A stretch of DNA of 64,000 nt from an uncultured delta proteobacterium (GTDB lineage: Bacteria; Myxococcota_A; Polyangia; Polyangiales; Polyangiaceae): contig CAWKKR010000007.1 of NCBI GenBank assembly GCA_963850305.1, forward strand, positions 288,001-352,000, in the 5' to 3' direction. Below the pieces are notes generated by a model, which saw nothing but the letters and a program-made list of their open reading frames with translations, did no database searches and had not been told where the DNA came from. This document shows positions 8,834 through 19,623 of this stretch, piece by piece. The first letter of the stretch is position 1, and each line of letters starts with the position of its first letter. The translations under genes and the position numbers were made by a program.

Positions 8834-10072
8834 TCAACCGAGACGGGCACGACGCACGGACCTTCCAAAAAAATCCTTCACGAGGCGGTGCGTCAACTCG
8901 GGTTGCTCGAACTGGGGGATGTGGCCGCAGTCGTCGAGGACGACGGACTCCGCCCACGGCAACGCCTGCTCCACGTGTCGTGCGAAGCCGATGGGAACCA
9001 TCCGATCCCGATCGCCCCAGAGGAACAACGCGGGCACGCCGAGGCCTCCGAGCCGCGACCAGAACCCGTACGGACCGAAGGGCTGCTCGAGATAGATCTG
9101 GCGCGCTGCGGCGAACAGCGCGACTCGTCCGCTCGGTGTCCGGAACACCCTTAGAAATTCGTCGGTCGCCGCGTCGTGCCACGACGCGGGCAGGCGATCC
9201 GGATTCGAGAACAGCAGTCGAAGCCCATGCCGGGCCTGGGAACCGAGTGCGGGAAGCGGCAGCGCGCCCATCTCCGGTGACAGGAATTTCGCGATTGGAA
9301 CCGCGTGACGGAGGCGGCGGAACGCCAGGGACGGTGCGAGGAGCGCCACGGCATCGATGCGTTCCGGTGCGAGGAGCGCCGTCTCCAGTGCGACGCGCCC
9401 GCCCATCGAATTGCCCACCAGGCTCGCCCGGTGAATGCCAATCGCGTCCATGAACGCAAGGAGCCACCGTGCGAAAAAAGGAGCATCGTACGCGGCGTGC
9501 GGCTTCGCCGAGTCACCGAAGCCGGGCAGGTCGGGTGCGAGCACGCGGTGCTCGGCGGCGACGGCCGCGAGCGTCGGGATCATCGAGGCATTGGTCGCGC
9601 CGAGCCCGTGCAAGAGGATCACGGGCGGACCGGCTCCGGCTTCGAGATAGAAGGTGTCGATGCCCGCCGCTTCGACGCGCTTGGGCTTTGCGCGGTCCGA
9701 GGGGCGCGAGCGTCGATCGAACACGCCGTCCAGTTTCAGTGCGAGAGAGAGGTTGCCCCGCACCCGAAGCCGTCCGCGAAGAAACGACTCGATGCCCCCT
9801 CGCTTGCCGCGGACGATCCCCGCGAGAGTGAGCGGATCGCCGGTGATGGTCGTCTCGGCGTCGCGGGCGCGTCCTTGCTCCACGGAGAGCCGTCCGTGCT
9901 CGATGCGTACCGTCCAGAGCTCCGATGTGCCGTCGTCGAGGACCACCGCTCCCGAGAGCCCGCGCATCGCCGGCGGTCGCGGCGCGAAATGTGCGAACGT
10001 CTCGCACAGCGCTCCGCTCGTGTTCGTTTGACGCACGCCGTCGAGGGATGGCCACCGGGCGAGCCGCAGCAT
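8834..10072 (-). CDS. SCP2 lipid-binding domain + alpha/beta hydrolase
   Basis: SCP2-like FLRGRLRVRGNLSLALKL; hydrolase LLHGLG, nucleophile GNSMGG, WGDRD, CGHIPQFE. Start at ATG 10072 is uncertain. Confidence 0.88.
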   Translation of the reverse strand: MLRLARWPSLDGVRQTNTSGALCETFAHFAPRPPAMRGLSGAVVLDDGTSELWTVRIEHGRLSVEQGRARDAETTITGDPLTLAGIVRGKRGGIESFLRGRLRVRGNLSLALKLDGVFDRRSRPSDRAKPKRVEAAGIDTFYLEAGAGPPVILLHGLGATNASMIPTLAAVAAEHRVLAPDLPGFGDSAKPHAAYDAPFFARWLLAFMDAIGIHRASLVGNSMGGRVALETALLAPERIDAVALLAPSLAFRRLRHAVPIAKFLSPEMGALPLPALGSQARHGLRLLFSNPDRLPASWHDAATDEFLRVFRTPSGRVALFAAARQIYLEQPFGPYGFWSRLGGLGVPALFLWGDRDRMVPIGFARHVEQALPWAESVVLDDCGHIPQFEQPELTHRLVKDFFGRSVRRARLG

Positions 10073-10267
10073 GTCGGCATTTTCGACGCGATCCGCCAGG
10101 CGAGGAAAATTTCCCGATCCGAAGCGGACCTGCGACACGACCGCTGAGGTTGTCGATTGAGCTCTTGCGTAGTGGCGAGTGTCGCGGGGATGGAGCTACC
10201 ATCATGAAGATTCGCGCCGGAGGAGTATTTTTCGAGGCCGGCGCACTTTCCCTGGGATCACGTCATC

Positions 10268-10507
10268 ATGCGACTTGCGAAGCGGTTTATGGCTTTCGTT
10301 GCCTCCCTGCTGCTGGTGGGCGGCATGGTGTCAGCGTGCGCGTCCGATGAGGCGATCCCCGGAGGCACATTCAACGATGCCGGCAAGGGGTGCAGCGTTC
10401 AGTTCTGCCCGCTCCCGACGACCACGGGCCAGGCCTGTTGCACTACGGACGGACATTGCGGCGTGGACTACGGCAACGGTTGTACGACGCCGCGTGACGG
10501 AGGCTGA
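10268..10507 (+). CDS. Small Cys-rich lipoprotein
   Basis: Signal peptide with lipobox VSAC, followed by 6 further Cys in about 55 aa. Confidence 0.7.
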   Translation: MRLAKRFMAFVASLLLVGGMVSACASDEAIPGGTFNDAGKGCSVQFCPLPTTTGQACCTTDGHCGVDYGNGCTTPRDGG

Positions 10508-10531
10508 TTCGCCGTAGCGATCTCCCGGGTT

Positions 10532-12514
10532 TCACTCGGGGATCTGGAAACCCTTCGAGACCGTCACGGCGCTTCCCGTGAAGGGCGGGATTCTCACGGT
10601 TCGAAACTGTCGCGCGATGCACTCCGCCGTCGGTGTTCCCGCGAGACTTCCCGAGATCGACACGTTCTGCGCGATTCCGCTCGGCCCGATGGTCACGGCG
10701 GCGCGGCCCGGACCCGAGTCCCCACCGGGGCGCCGGCAGATCAGCGCCAGGTTCGCGGCACGCACGAGCGCCGCCTGTGCCGCGGTTCGATCGAAGCCGC
10801 CGGACGTCGGCGCCGGCGGAACGGGCTGCGCGGGCGCTGGATGCGTGCTCGCGCCTCCGCCGTTGTCGTCCAGGCTCACTGACTTGGCGACGGCAGCCAC
10901 GCGGTCGGCCTCGCTCTCCTCGGTGAGCGTGACCTTGACGGGTTCCGGATCCTTGGGCTGCGCGCGAATCGCTGCCATATCTTCCGCGAGGCGATCGCTC
11001 GTCGCTGTCGGGGCGGGCCCCGCCGGATTGAGCGCGCCCGCGGGCGAGGGCGCCGGGGTCTGTGGCCGCTCGTGTTCTGCGGCGGCTGCGGCCGCGGCCG
11101 CAGGATCCTCGGGGAGGCTATCGATACTGAGCCCCTTGGGCTGATTCGGCGATGTCGTCGAACGATGCACCGGAGCCGAGACCGATCCTGACGGCGCGTC
11201 GACGAGCCGGCTCGCTTCGTGAACCTCGGGGGGGCCCGACTTCAAGCTGAAAAGCCCGACGACGCTTGCCGTGAGCAGGACGCCGAGCGCGACACCGCCA
11301 AGCACCATCCGGCTCGAACGAACCGGGGCAGCCGACGGTTGGCTGAGCGTCTGCACGCCACTCGACCCGTCGCCCGGCAGGAATGCGGCGCCCAGGTGAG
11401 CACCACTCCTCGATTGAGACACGCTCGGGTCGCTCGGCGGCTCTGCGCTCGACACGCTGACGCTGATCGCTTCGTCGTCGCTGCCCAGCAGGGGTTCGTC
11501 GGACACGAGCGTCTGTGTCGACGACGCGCCATCGAGCGAGCGAATCGCGCTGCGGATCTGCTGCCGACGCTGATCGATCTTGCTCCCCAGGACCCGGCGA
11601 AGCATCCCCTTTACGCCCGCCGCCGGCACCAGAATGCGCTCTTCCACCAGATAGCTTTCGAGTGCGTCTCGAAACTCGTCCGCGGTTTGAAATCGCTTTT
11701 CGACGTCTCGCTCGAGCGCCTTGGTGACGATGGCTTCGAGCCGCTCCGGGTATCTCGCGATGACCTGGGAGGGTCTCGGGATCTTTCCAAATGTGACGAG
11801 CTCGAGCGTGTGGCGATCGTCCCGGCCGCGGAAGAGCCGATACCCGGTGGTGAGCTCGAACAGCACGATACCGAGCGAAAAGACGTCGCTGCGGCGGTCG
11901 AGTGGCCTCGCCTGCGCCTGCTCTGGCGACATGTAGCCGAACTTCCCGCGGATCTTCACCTCTTCGTCGGTGCTGATCTGATTCATGGCGCCCGCCACGC
12001 CGAAGTCGACGAGCTTCACTACGCCGTCGAGGCCGATGAGAATGTTGTGAGGCGAGACGTCGCAGTGGACGATCTCCTTGAGCTGCCCGTCCCAGCCTCG
12101 CAGTTCGTGCGCCGCGTGTAGTCCGGCCGCCGTATCGGCGATGAGCCGGACCGCGACTTCGCTCGGGATGGGGCGTCGCTTGTTGGCTTCGGCGATCAGG
12201 GTGTGGAGCGAATCTCCCTCCACCCATTCCATGGCCATGTAAAGCGCCCCGTGAGCTTCCCCGACGTCGTACACCCGCACCACGTTCGGATGTTCGATGC
12301 TGCGGACGATCTGGCCTTCGTCGAGAAACATCGACCGAAATTCCATGTTCGTCGCAAGCTCGGGCAGCATTGCCTTTACGGCGACGAGCTGCTCCGGTGC
12401 GCCCGGCGTGGGTCGCCCGCGCGCGACCCACACACTCGCCATGCCCCCGCGTCCAACGCGAACGAGCAATTCGTGGCCGCCGACAATCGATCCGCGCTCT
12501 AACTCCAAGCCCAT
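10532..12514 (-). CDS. Membrane Ser/Thr protein kinase (Hanks type) with Pro/Ala-rich linker and C-terminal periplasmic domain
   Basis: VGRGGMASVW, VAVKAM, HCDVSPHN, DFG, GKFGYMSPEQ, SDVFSLG; TM segment MVLGGVALGVLLTASVVGLF. Confidence 0.95.
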   Translation of the reverse strand: MGLELERGSIVGGHELLVRVGRGGMASVWVARGRPTPGAPEQLVAVKAMLPELATNMEFRSMFLDEGQIVRSIEHPNVVRVYDVGEAHGALYMAMEWVEGDSLHTLIAEANKRRPIPSEVAVRLIADTAAGLHAAHELRGWDGQLKEIVHCDVSPHNILIGLDGVVKLVDFGVAGAMNQISTDEEVKIRGKFGYMSPEQAQARPLDRRSDVFSLGIVLFELTTGYRLFRGRDDRHTLELVTFGKIPRPSQVIARYPERLEAIVTKALERDVEKRFQTADEFRDALESYLVEERILVPAAGVKGMLRRVLGSKIDQRRQQIRSAIRSLDGASSTQTLVSDEPLLGSDDEAISVSVSSAEPPSDPSVSQSRSGAHLGAAFLPGDGSSGVQTLSQPSAAPVRSSRMVLGGVALGVLLTASVVGLFSLKSGPPEVHEASRLVDAPSGSVSAPVHRSTTSPNQPKGLSIDSLPEDPAAAAAAAAEHERPQTPAPSPAGALNPAGPAPTATSDRLAEDMAAIRAQPKDPEPVKVTLTEESEADRVAAVAKSVSLDDNGGGASTHPAPAQPVPPAPTSGGFDRTAAQAALVRAANLALICRRPGGDSGPGRAAVTIGPSGIAQNVSISGSLAGTPTAECIARQFRTVRIPPFTGSAVTVSKGFQIPE

Positions 12515-12769
12515 GTTGTCTATCGGAGCGTGAGCTCGGACGTGCGGACGACGCGCCGAACCTGTCGACGAGCTCACGACGTAGTCTAGCTTTTCGGAAT
12601 CAGAAACGCCTGAAAACCGACCACCATACGCACCGCGTCAGCCGTTCGCCAAACTCCGCGACGAGGCGCCCCCGGCTCTCGGCGTGCCGCGTGCTATGCC
12701 CTACTTTCGCATACACCCCCGTCCGCGGAAGCTTTGGGGACCTGTCTGCCGAAGTGCTACGAGGGCGCC

Positions 12770-13210
12770 ATGAGCGCCGGCCCGATCGATCCCACGGACG
12801 TTCTGGCCGTTATTCTGATGATCATCCACGCGATGCGGCGCAGCGACATTCGGGCGACCGATTTCCGAGCATTTCCCGACATCCCGCCCGCCGTGTTCGA
12901 GTCGTGGAAGACGGCGGCCTTGGCTCCCAAGAACCTGGCCGTCAACGCGTGCTTCGCGAAGTTCATGCTGAATTCCATATGGTTCTTCGGGTTTCGGCGC
13001 GTGGTTCCGCCCCGACCGCTCGCAGCCGTCGGCGCGTTGCTTTTCTTCGGCTGGGTGATCGCACTCGTGATCGCCTGGCGTCGTGGCAGGAAGGTAGCTC
13101 GAGCGGCCCAACGCCTCGGCATCGTCATCGGCCGCCGCCTGGACGGTCCACGGGGACCTTCGGCAGGCGTCAGTTCGTCGTCTTCGGACTCGGAGGGGTC
13201 GTCGCCGTGA
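12770..13210 (+). CDS. Hypothetical membrane protein
   Basis: ATG 12770 after GAGGG; 2-3 hydrophobic segments; 3' end overlaps the lepB 3' end by about 40 nt. Confidence 0.6.
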   Translation: MSAGPIDPTDVLAVILMIIHAMRRSDIRATDFRAFPDIPPAVFESWKTAALAPKNLAVNACFAKFMLNSIWFFGFRRVVPPRPLAAVGALLFFGWVIALVIAWRRGRKVARAAQRLGIVIGRRLDGPRGPSAGVSSSSSDSEGSSP

Positions 13211-14474
13211 TCGACGGGCGCTTGGCCAGGCAGTCGGCAACACCCTGGACGACCTCCGGGGGTGCGGCATTCGGCAGCCGGGGAGAGCCCATTATGTTCA
13301 CGAGGAAGCGGTCGAGCGGGAGCCACACGAACATCGCACGTCCCTTGATGTTGTCGTACGGGACGCCTCCGCCGCGCCCGCCGTACCAGGCTCGCGAGTC
13401 GCGGCTGTTGTTTCGATTGTCGCCGAAGACCCAGGTCTCGCCGGGCTTCACGTAGAACGGCCCCTCGTGGTGGTCGTAGTGACCCGCCTCGTAGAAGGTC
13501 AGATACGACCGATCGTTCAGATACTCGACGAAGAGCTCGCCCTGATCGACAGGGCCATCGCGCTGCTCGGAGAACGTGTACGCCCCGACGCGGCAGCTCG
13601 GAACGCGCCAGCCGTTGATGATCGGATGGCCACCGTCCGCCTCCAGAACGTCGCCGGGCAGCGCGATCACCCTCTTGATGTAATCCTCGCGCTCCTCGTT
13701 CGGCGCTCGATCGGGATTCTCGAAGACGATGACGTCGCCTCGGTCTGGTGGCATGTGCGGAAAGAGTCGCGTATTCGTGAGCGGGATCACGGGACCATAG
13801 AGGAACTTGTTGACGAAGATGTGGTCGCCAATTTGCAGCGTGGGCAGCATCGAGCCGCTCGGGATCTTGAACGCCTCGACGACCACGGACCGGAGCAGCA
13901 CTGCGACGAGGACCGCAACCCCGATCGACTCCACGTACTCCCGCAGCTCGCTCTTTCGCCACGGCTCGAGCGCACGACCGCGGCGGATGACACGATCGTG
14001 GGCGTCGTGGAAGCCATCTTCGTCGAAGGGTTCGGCGGCCATCGCGAGGCGCAGGTCTTTGACGGCGCTCTCGAGCTCCTCGCGGACGTTGGCCGTGACG
14101 TTTCTTTCGATGATCTTTGCGCGCGCCGACAGGATGCGATCGATTTCGTCGACCAGCAGCGCGGCCGCCTCGAAATCGTCCCGCACCTCGCGCGGCAGGC
14201 CGTGGCGCCCGGCCACACCGATGCGGTCCGAGAAGGGGAGACGATGGCGGAAGGACCACAGCACCCACTCGATGAGGGTGAAGAGTACGATTCCGGCCGG
14301 CACTTCCTGGTCACGGACGAAGGTTCGCGCGAGCGATATCAGATCGGTGGCCGTGATATCCGGCGGAGCGCGGAGCACTTTCACCGCCAGCACGGCGAGC
14401 ACGAGCGGCGCGGCGAAGAACCACGCGCCGACGAACAGCACGCGGACGATTTTCGGGTTCTCTTTCACGGTCAA
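13170..14474 (-). CDS. lepB: Signal peptidase I with long N-terminal membrane/helical extension
   Basis: EAFKIPSGSMLPTLQIGDHIFVNK, RGDVIVF, DYIKRVIALPGD, GDNRNNSRDSR; start uncertain. Confidence 0.93.
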   Translation of the reverse strand: MTVKENPKIVRVLFVGAWFFAAPLVLAVLAVKVLRAPPDITATDLISLARTFVRDQEVPAGIVLFTLIEWVLWSFRHRLPFSDRIGVAGRHGLPREVRDDFEAAALLVDEIDRILSARAKIIERNVTANVREELESAVKDLRLAMAAEPFDEDGFHDAHDRVIRRGRALEPWRKSELREYVESIGVAVLVAVLLRSVVVEAFKIPSGSMLPTLQIGDHIFVNKFLYGPVIPLTNTRLFPHMPPDRGDVIVFENPDRAPNEEREDYIKRVIALPGDVLEADGGHPIINGWRVPSCRVGAYTFSEQRDGPVDQGELFVEYLNDRSYLTFYEAGHYDHHEGPFYVKPGETWVFGDNRNNSRDSRAWYGGRGGGVPYDNIKGRAMFVWLPLDRFLVNIMGSPRLPNAAPPEVVQGVADCLAKRPSITATTPPSPKTTN

Positions 14475-14675
14475 GTCAGGGTAACGCGGCCACTCTTACT
14501 CGCCGGAGGACCCCGGGGGAAGCTCGGATCTCACGAGCCGTGCCGGGCGTCCGCGCAGGGCGGGCAAAGGCGCACTCGGCCGAGCGCGGAGCGGCCTGGT
14601 GCCGGTCGACCCTCGGACCCGTTGACAGAGGGGCCAGGGACGACGAATCGTCTGCCAGCTGACAACCATTCTCGC

Positions 14676-15677
14676 ATGCAACAGGTCGCGGTCATCGGAG
14701 CAGGAGCGTGGGGCACGGCGCTGGCCAAGTCCCTGGGAGACAAGGGCCACGCCGTCCGCCTCTGGGCGCGCATCGAAGAACGGGCGCTGGCGATAGAAGG
14801 CGCGAGAGAGAACGCGCGCTACTTGCCAGGCGTTCGGCTCCCGGACGGGGTGCGCGTCACGCATTCCCTGGAGCGTGCGCTGAAGGATGCGACGCTCGTC
14901 GTTTTCGTCGTGCCGTCGCATGCGTTCCGCGAAACCTTGGTTCTCGCCGCCCCATTTCTTCGGACCGGGGCTCCGCTCGTGAGCGCGACGAAGGGGATAG
15001 AAAACGACACGGTGATGCTCATGGGCGAGGTCATCGTGGACGTGCTCGGCCCGGACGCGGCGGAGAGGTTGACCGTGCTTTCGGGCCCGAGCTTCGCGAA
15101 GGAGGTCGGTCAGGGATTACCGACCAACGTCGTGGTCGCGTCCACGAACGAGTCTCTCTGCGTCGACGTCCAGCGAGCGTTCGCGACGGAGCGACTCCGC
15201 GTGTACTCGAGCGACGACCCTGTCGGAGTCGAGGTCGGAGGCGCGCTGAAGAACGTCATCGCGATCGCGGCAGGCGCGTGCGATGGCCTCGGGTTCGGTC
15301 ACAATACGCGCGCCGCACTAATCACCCGCGGCCTCGCCGAGATCGCGCGGTTGGCCTTGGCGAAAGGAGGCAACGCGCTCAGCATCGCGGGCCTCGCCGG
15401 CATGGGCGACCTGGTACTCACGTGTACCGGGGATCTCTCTCGCAATCGCACCGTCGGGTTCGAGATGGGCCGCGGGAGAACGCTCGAACAGGTTCTCTCG
15501 AACCTCGGTCACGTCGCGGAAGGAGTTCGCACGGCAGAGAGCGCCCACGACCTCGCGCGAGCGCTCGACGTCGAACTACCGATCTGCAATGAGGTTTACA
15601 ATGTCCTGTACGAGGGCAAGTCGCCGCAACGCGCCGTGGAAGACGTGCTCAAGCGCCCGTTGAAGAAAGAGTGGTAG
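14676..15677 (+). CDS. gpsA: NAD(P)H-dependent glycerol-3-phosphate dehydrogenase
   Basis: [57 protein letters not shown]. Confidence 0.97.
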   Translation: MQQVAVIGAGAWGTALAKSLGDKGHAVRLWARIEERALAIEGARENARYLPGVRLPDGVRVTHSLERALKDATLVVFVVPSHAFRETLVLAAPFLRTGAPLVSATKGIENDTVMLMGEVIVDVLGPDAAERLTVLSGPSFAKEVGQGLPTNVVVASTNESLCVDVQRAFATERLRVYSSDDPVGVEVGGALKNVIAIAAGACDGLGFGHNTRAALITRGLAEIARLALAKGGNALSIAGLAGMGDLVLTCTGDLSRNRTVGFEMGRGRTLEQVLSNLGHVAEGVRTAESAHDLARALDVELPICNEVYNVLYEGKSPQRAVEDVLKRPLKKEW

Positions 15678-15801
15678 CGCGCGAGCCCGAAATCGGGGGA
15701 CGAGGGCGCACGCCGCGCGAAGCGCGGTCCCCCATGGCCCAGCCCGCGCCCGCGAAGAAGTGTCGCGGCCCTCGGACTGCTCGACTACGCTCTCGGGCAC
15801 C

Positions 15802-17643
15802 ATGGCCATGCTGCGGTACTTCCCGAAGGAGGGATCGCCGGTTCTCTTCGCGGTTCACAAGCCCGTGATGATGCTCGGACGGGGCGCCGGGAACGACGTG
15901 CATTTGCCGGATCGCAGCGTGAAGGAGCATCACGCTCAGATCGTGTTCAACGGCCGCGACTATCAGATCGAGGAGCTCGATCGAACGGCGGAAATCGCAA
16001 TCAACGGGAAGAAGAAACGTCGCGCGCGTCTCTGCGACGGAGACAGGCTCACGCTCGGCGACGCGCAGCTCGGGTTCAGCATGTTCAGCGAGTTGCCCGC
16101 CGCGGCTCCTGCTGGGGACGGGGACGGGCGCGGCAGCGAATTGGCGGGTCTTCGCAAGCTGTTCCAGTTCAGCGAACGCCTGATGCGCACGCCATCCGTG
16201 GACGAGCTCCTCGAGACGCTGCTGGACGACGTCATCGAGGTGACGGGCGCTTCGCGCGGCGTCGTGCTCCTCGTCGACCCGAGCGACACGTCGGGTGCGA
16301 TTCCGCGGGTGCGAGCGTCTCGAAACGTCAATCGCGAGAGCATGGAGGACGCGAGCGAGACCATCAGCGACAGCATCGTCCAGCATGTCATCGAGTCGAA
16401 GCGTCCCATCATCATCAGCGACGCGCTCAGCGACACGACCTTCGGCAAGAGCGAGAGTGTGCTCGCGCTCAAGCTGTCGAGCGTCATGTGTGCGCCGCTC
16501 GTCAGTCAGGGTGAGGTTGCTGGCGCGCTGTATCTCGGTAACGACGAGATCAAGCACCTGTTCGATCGCCAGCAACTCGACCTGCTCGTCATCTTCGCCG
16601 GCCAGGCCTCGCTCATCCTGCAGAACGCAGTGCTCCTCACGGCGCTGCGAGCGGACAAGGAAAAGCTCGCTGCCGAGCTGTCCGACAAGCGCTTCGGAGA
16701 GATCATCGGCGCCTGCCCCTCGATGATGGACGTGTTCCGGAAGCTCACGAAGGTCGCGGCAACGGACATCAGCGTGATGATCACCGGTGAGACCGGGACC
16801 GGCAAGGAGCTCATCGCTCGTGAGATCCATCGGCGCAGCAATCGGGTTCAGGGACCGTTCGTCACCGTGAACTGCGGCGCGATTCCGGAGAATCTCATCG
16901 AGAGCGAGATGTTCGGACACGTGAAGGGCGCCTTCACCGGCGCGATCGCGAGTCGGCCGGGCAAATTTCAGCAGGCGAACGGCGGCACGCTCTTCCTCGA
17001 CGAGGTCGGAGAGCTCACGCCCGCGCTCCAGGTGAAGTTGCTGCGAGCTATTCAAGAGCGGGTCGTCTACCGGGTCGGCGACAGCAAGCCCGAGAAGTGC
17101 GACATCCGCATCATCGCCGCGACGAACCGGAACCTCGAGGCGATGATCAAGACCGGCGAGTTTCGAGAGGATCTTTACTACCGGCTGAACGTCGTGAACC
17201 TGTGGCTACCGCCTCTCCGCGAACGGGGCGAAGACACGTTCATCATCGCGAAGGCGTTGCTGTCGAAGTACGCGGACGAGCTCGGGAGCGCCGTGCTTGG
17301 CTTCAGTCCCGCGGCGCTCGCCGCCATTCGAAAGTACGAGTGGCCCGGAAACATCCGGCAGCTCGAAAACCGGATCAAGAAGGCGCTCGTCCTCTGCGAA
17401 AAGACGCTGCTCGCTCCGGAAGACATGGACCTCGGTCCGGAAGCGCAATCGCTGATCGTCCCCCTCGAGAAGGCAAAGGAGGACTTCCAGCGTCGATACG
17501 TGCTCGAGGTGCTCGAGCGCAACAATGGCAATCGCACCCAGACGGCGCGCGATCTCGGGGTCGATCCACGGACAATCTTCCGGTACCTGGAACGCGAACA
17601 GAGTCCGCTTCCGAGCGGAGCCACGGCCACCGAAGACGAGTGA
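15802..17643 (+). CDS. Sigma-54-dependent activator, FHA-GAF-AAA-Fis architecture
   Basis: FHA (LGRGAGNDV...HHAQI), GAF (SVMCAPL, GALYL), [45 protein letters not shown]-terminal HTH. Confidence 0.95.
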   Translation: MAMLRYFPKEGSPVLFAVHKPVMMLGRGAGNDVHLPDRSVKEHHAQIVFNGRDYQIEELDRTAEIAINGKKKRRARLCDGDRLTLGDAQLGFSMFSELPAAAPAGDGDGRGSELAGLRKLFQFSERLMRTPSVDELLETLLDDVIEVTGASRGVVLLVDPSDTSGAIPRVRASRNVNRESMEDASETISDSIVQHVIESKRPIIISDALSDTTFGKSESVLALKLSSVMCAPLVSQGEVAGALYLGNDEIKHLFDRQQLDLLVIFAGQASLILQNAVLLTALRADKEKLAAELSDKRFGEIIGACPSMMDVFRKLTKVAATDISVMITGETGTGKELIAREIHRRSNRVQGPFVTVNCGAIPENLIESEMFGHVKGAFTGAIASRPGKFQQANGGTLFLDEVGELTPALQVKLLRAIQERVVYRVGDSKPEKCDIRIIAATNRNLEAMIKTGEFREDLYYRLNVVNLWLPPLRERGEDTFIIAKALLSKYADELGSAVLGFSPAALAAIRKYEWPGNIRQLENRIKKALVLCEKTLLAPEDMDLGPEAQSLIVPLEKAKEDFQRRYVLEVLERNNGNRTQTARDLGVDPRTIFRYLEREQSPLPSGATATEDE

Positions 17644-17694
17644 CCCCCGGCTCTCGCCGTCGACCGGCTTCCCCGAACTCGGCCTCGGCTCTCC

Positions 17695-19456
17695 TCAGTG
17701 CACCGCGCCGACGAGCCACGCGAAAGCCGGCACGAGCACTTCTTCCGGCGATGCGCCGCCCTCGCGAATGCGAGGCATATTTTCGCCCCGTTCTCCGACG
17801 CGGAACCCATGGTCGCCGAACACCATCACCAACGTTCGGGGCTGGAGCCCTTCGAAGTGGGCGACGATCCGTTGAGCTACCTCGTCTGCGGTCTCGTCGA
17901 AGCGTCCGGGTTCCGCGCCGCCCGGCTCCGCAAGGCGGGCCGCGACGATGTCGAGCTTCAGGAGCTCGCGGTGTCCCGTCTTCAGACGACGGATCACCGA
18001 CGCCTTTCGACCGCGCGCCACGACGAGGTCCTCGCTGACGCCAGTGCAGACATCTTTGAGCCCCGACGCGCCTCGACCGATGAGCTCGATCTGCGTCCCG
18101 GTGACGGTCGGCAGGGCGGCCCAGAGCAGGAATCGTTCGGCGCAGGCCGCTCGCTGTCCAACCAGCGTACGGATCCGATCGTTGACGGCGTCGCCGAGGT
18201 CGTAGCGCATCGAATCGACGAGCAGTAGCTGCGTCGATCTCGCACCGTGAAGACGGGCCACGCGGAGCGCAATGTCGGGCACATCCACGACCATGGGCGG
18301 TCGCTTCGTCCGGACACGGAGCGCGTCGAATCCATCGATGTAGCTTCGCTCGAAGGCCCCAGCCCACTCGTCCGCGGTTTCCCGGAGCGCGGGAAGATCG
18401 ACGCCGCGATCGAGCGCGCGTCGCAGCGGCACGTAGGCGTTCGTGAACAGGCGTTCCACGACGGCCAGCGGTTTCGGCCCGATGGCGGCGTCCAGTTCGC
18501 GGCCGTGCGCCTCGAGCTTGCGGCGCGTCTCGTGATCGAGCTCGGGCGGCGATTCGTCGGCCATGTCGTCGGCGAATCGAAGATCGAGCCGGGGAAGCGC
18601 GGGTGGCGCGAGAGCGGGGCGGTCCCGTGGCGCGTTGCGACGGGTCTCGTCCATCGCGACGGCCGGCGCGGCAACGTGGGCAGGCGGGGGCGTCGAAAGC
18701 TCGATCAGCGCTTCGCGCAACCAATCGGTGTCCCCATCGTCGCCGAGAGCGGCGGCCATCGCTCGGGCGCTCTCGGCGAGGGGACCCGTTTCCGGCATCC
18801 GCCGGCGTCCTCGTGCCGTAACGGGACCGTCGCAAAGCCTCGCCCCTGCCGAAGTCGCATGGTCGTCTTCGGACTGCGGTTTCCGAGGACGACGTCGCAA
18901 GTAGGTCTCCTCGGTCTGCTCGGGGAAATTCGCTCCGCGAGCGGCTTCGCGAGAATAGAAGCGAGCGTCTCCGGCTCGACGTAGACGCCGAGTGCGCTCG
19001 TTTCCGGGAGCGAATGCGACCAGCACCGGGCTCCGTTCGGCGGCCCCTAGCCAGAACCTGAGTGACGGCACTGTCGTTCGCGTCGAGCGCGTTTTCGGGG
19101 TCGACGATTCCCTCGAGGGACGCAAACCAGAGAGCGATGCCAGGCGCACCCGATACCCGGGCGCGCTGGAGCTGATCGGCGACGGTGACTTCGCGGTCGC
19201 AACGAATGGCGGCGTTCGACGGCGGCGCGCCGCGCGCGTCGAGTGCTCGCTCGATCGCGCCCTCCACGAATAGCCCGAGGCGTCCGCGGACCGCGCGCTT
19301 CGGAGCGTCGAGGTCGACCCAGAGCCAGCCCGCGGCGGCGGCCTCGCTGCTGAATGTCGCCTTCTTCGTTTCGGAGGCCGGGCGAGCGCCGTCTCGCCAA
19401 GATTCGTCGGTAGCGGTTGCCGGGGACATGCCCATAAACTGGCGCAGTTTCCCCAA
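17695..19456 (-). CDS. Hypothetical protein with C-terminal PglZ-like (alkaline phosphatase superfamily) domain; frameshifted in the assembly
   Basis: C-terminal frame has LLLVDSMRYDLG, WAALPTVT, VFGDHGF, EGGASPEEVLVP. The N-terminal protein-like sequence is in another frame (from 19456/19435), with frame changes around 18850-19060. Confidence 0.7.
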
Positions 19457-19587
19457 CTGGGCCCAGAATTCTGCGGTTTTGCGGGCCGTGGATTCCCGCG
19501 TACGGCGGACGGCTGGCGCCTCATGTCATCGGTCCAGCCCTCTCGGTCCCCTGGCTCGGCCGGTACCGGAGCGGGGCATCGGTGCCG

Positions 19588-19616
19588 TTGACGGTACGCT
19601 CCGGGGGAAATACATT
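19588..19616 (+). promoter_or_regulatory. Sigma70-type promoter of the 6S RNA
   Basis: TTGACG (19588)-N17-TACATT (19611), 7 nt before the RNA 5' stem. Confidence 0.75.
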
Positions 19617-19623
19617 TAGCGAA

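Noticed and set aside
13467..14675. Long N-terminal extension of gpsA (736-aa ORF)
   Set aside because: It is antisense to lepB; gpsA homology starts at ATG 14676.
17695..19456. Complete BREX/Pgl defence system
   Set aside because: Only a PglZ-like domain is present; there is no methyltransferase, ATPase or Lon-like brx gene nearby.
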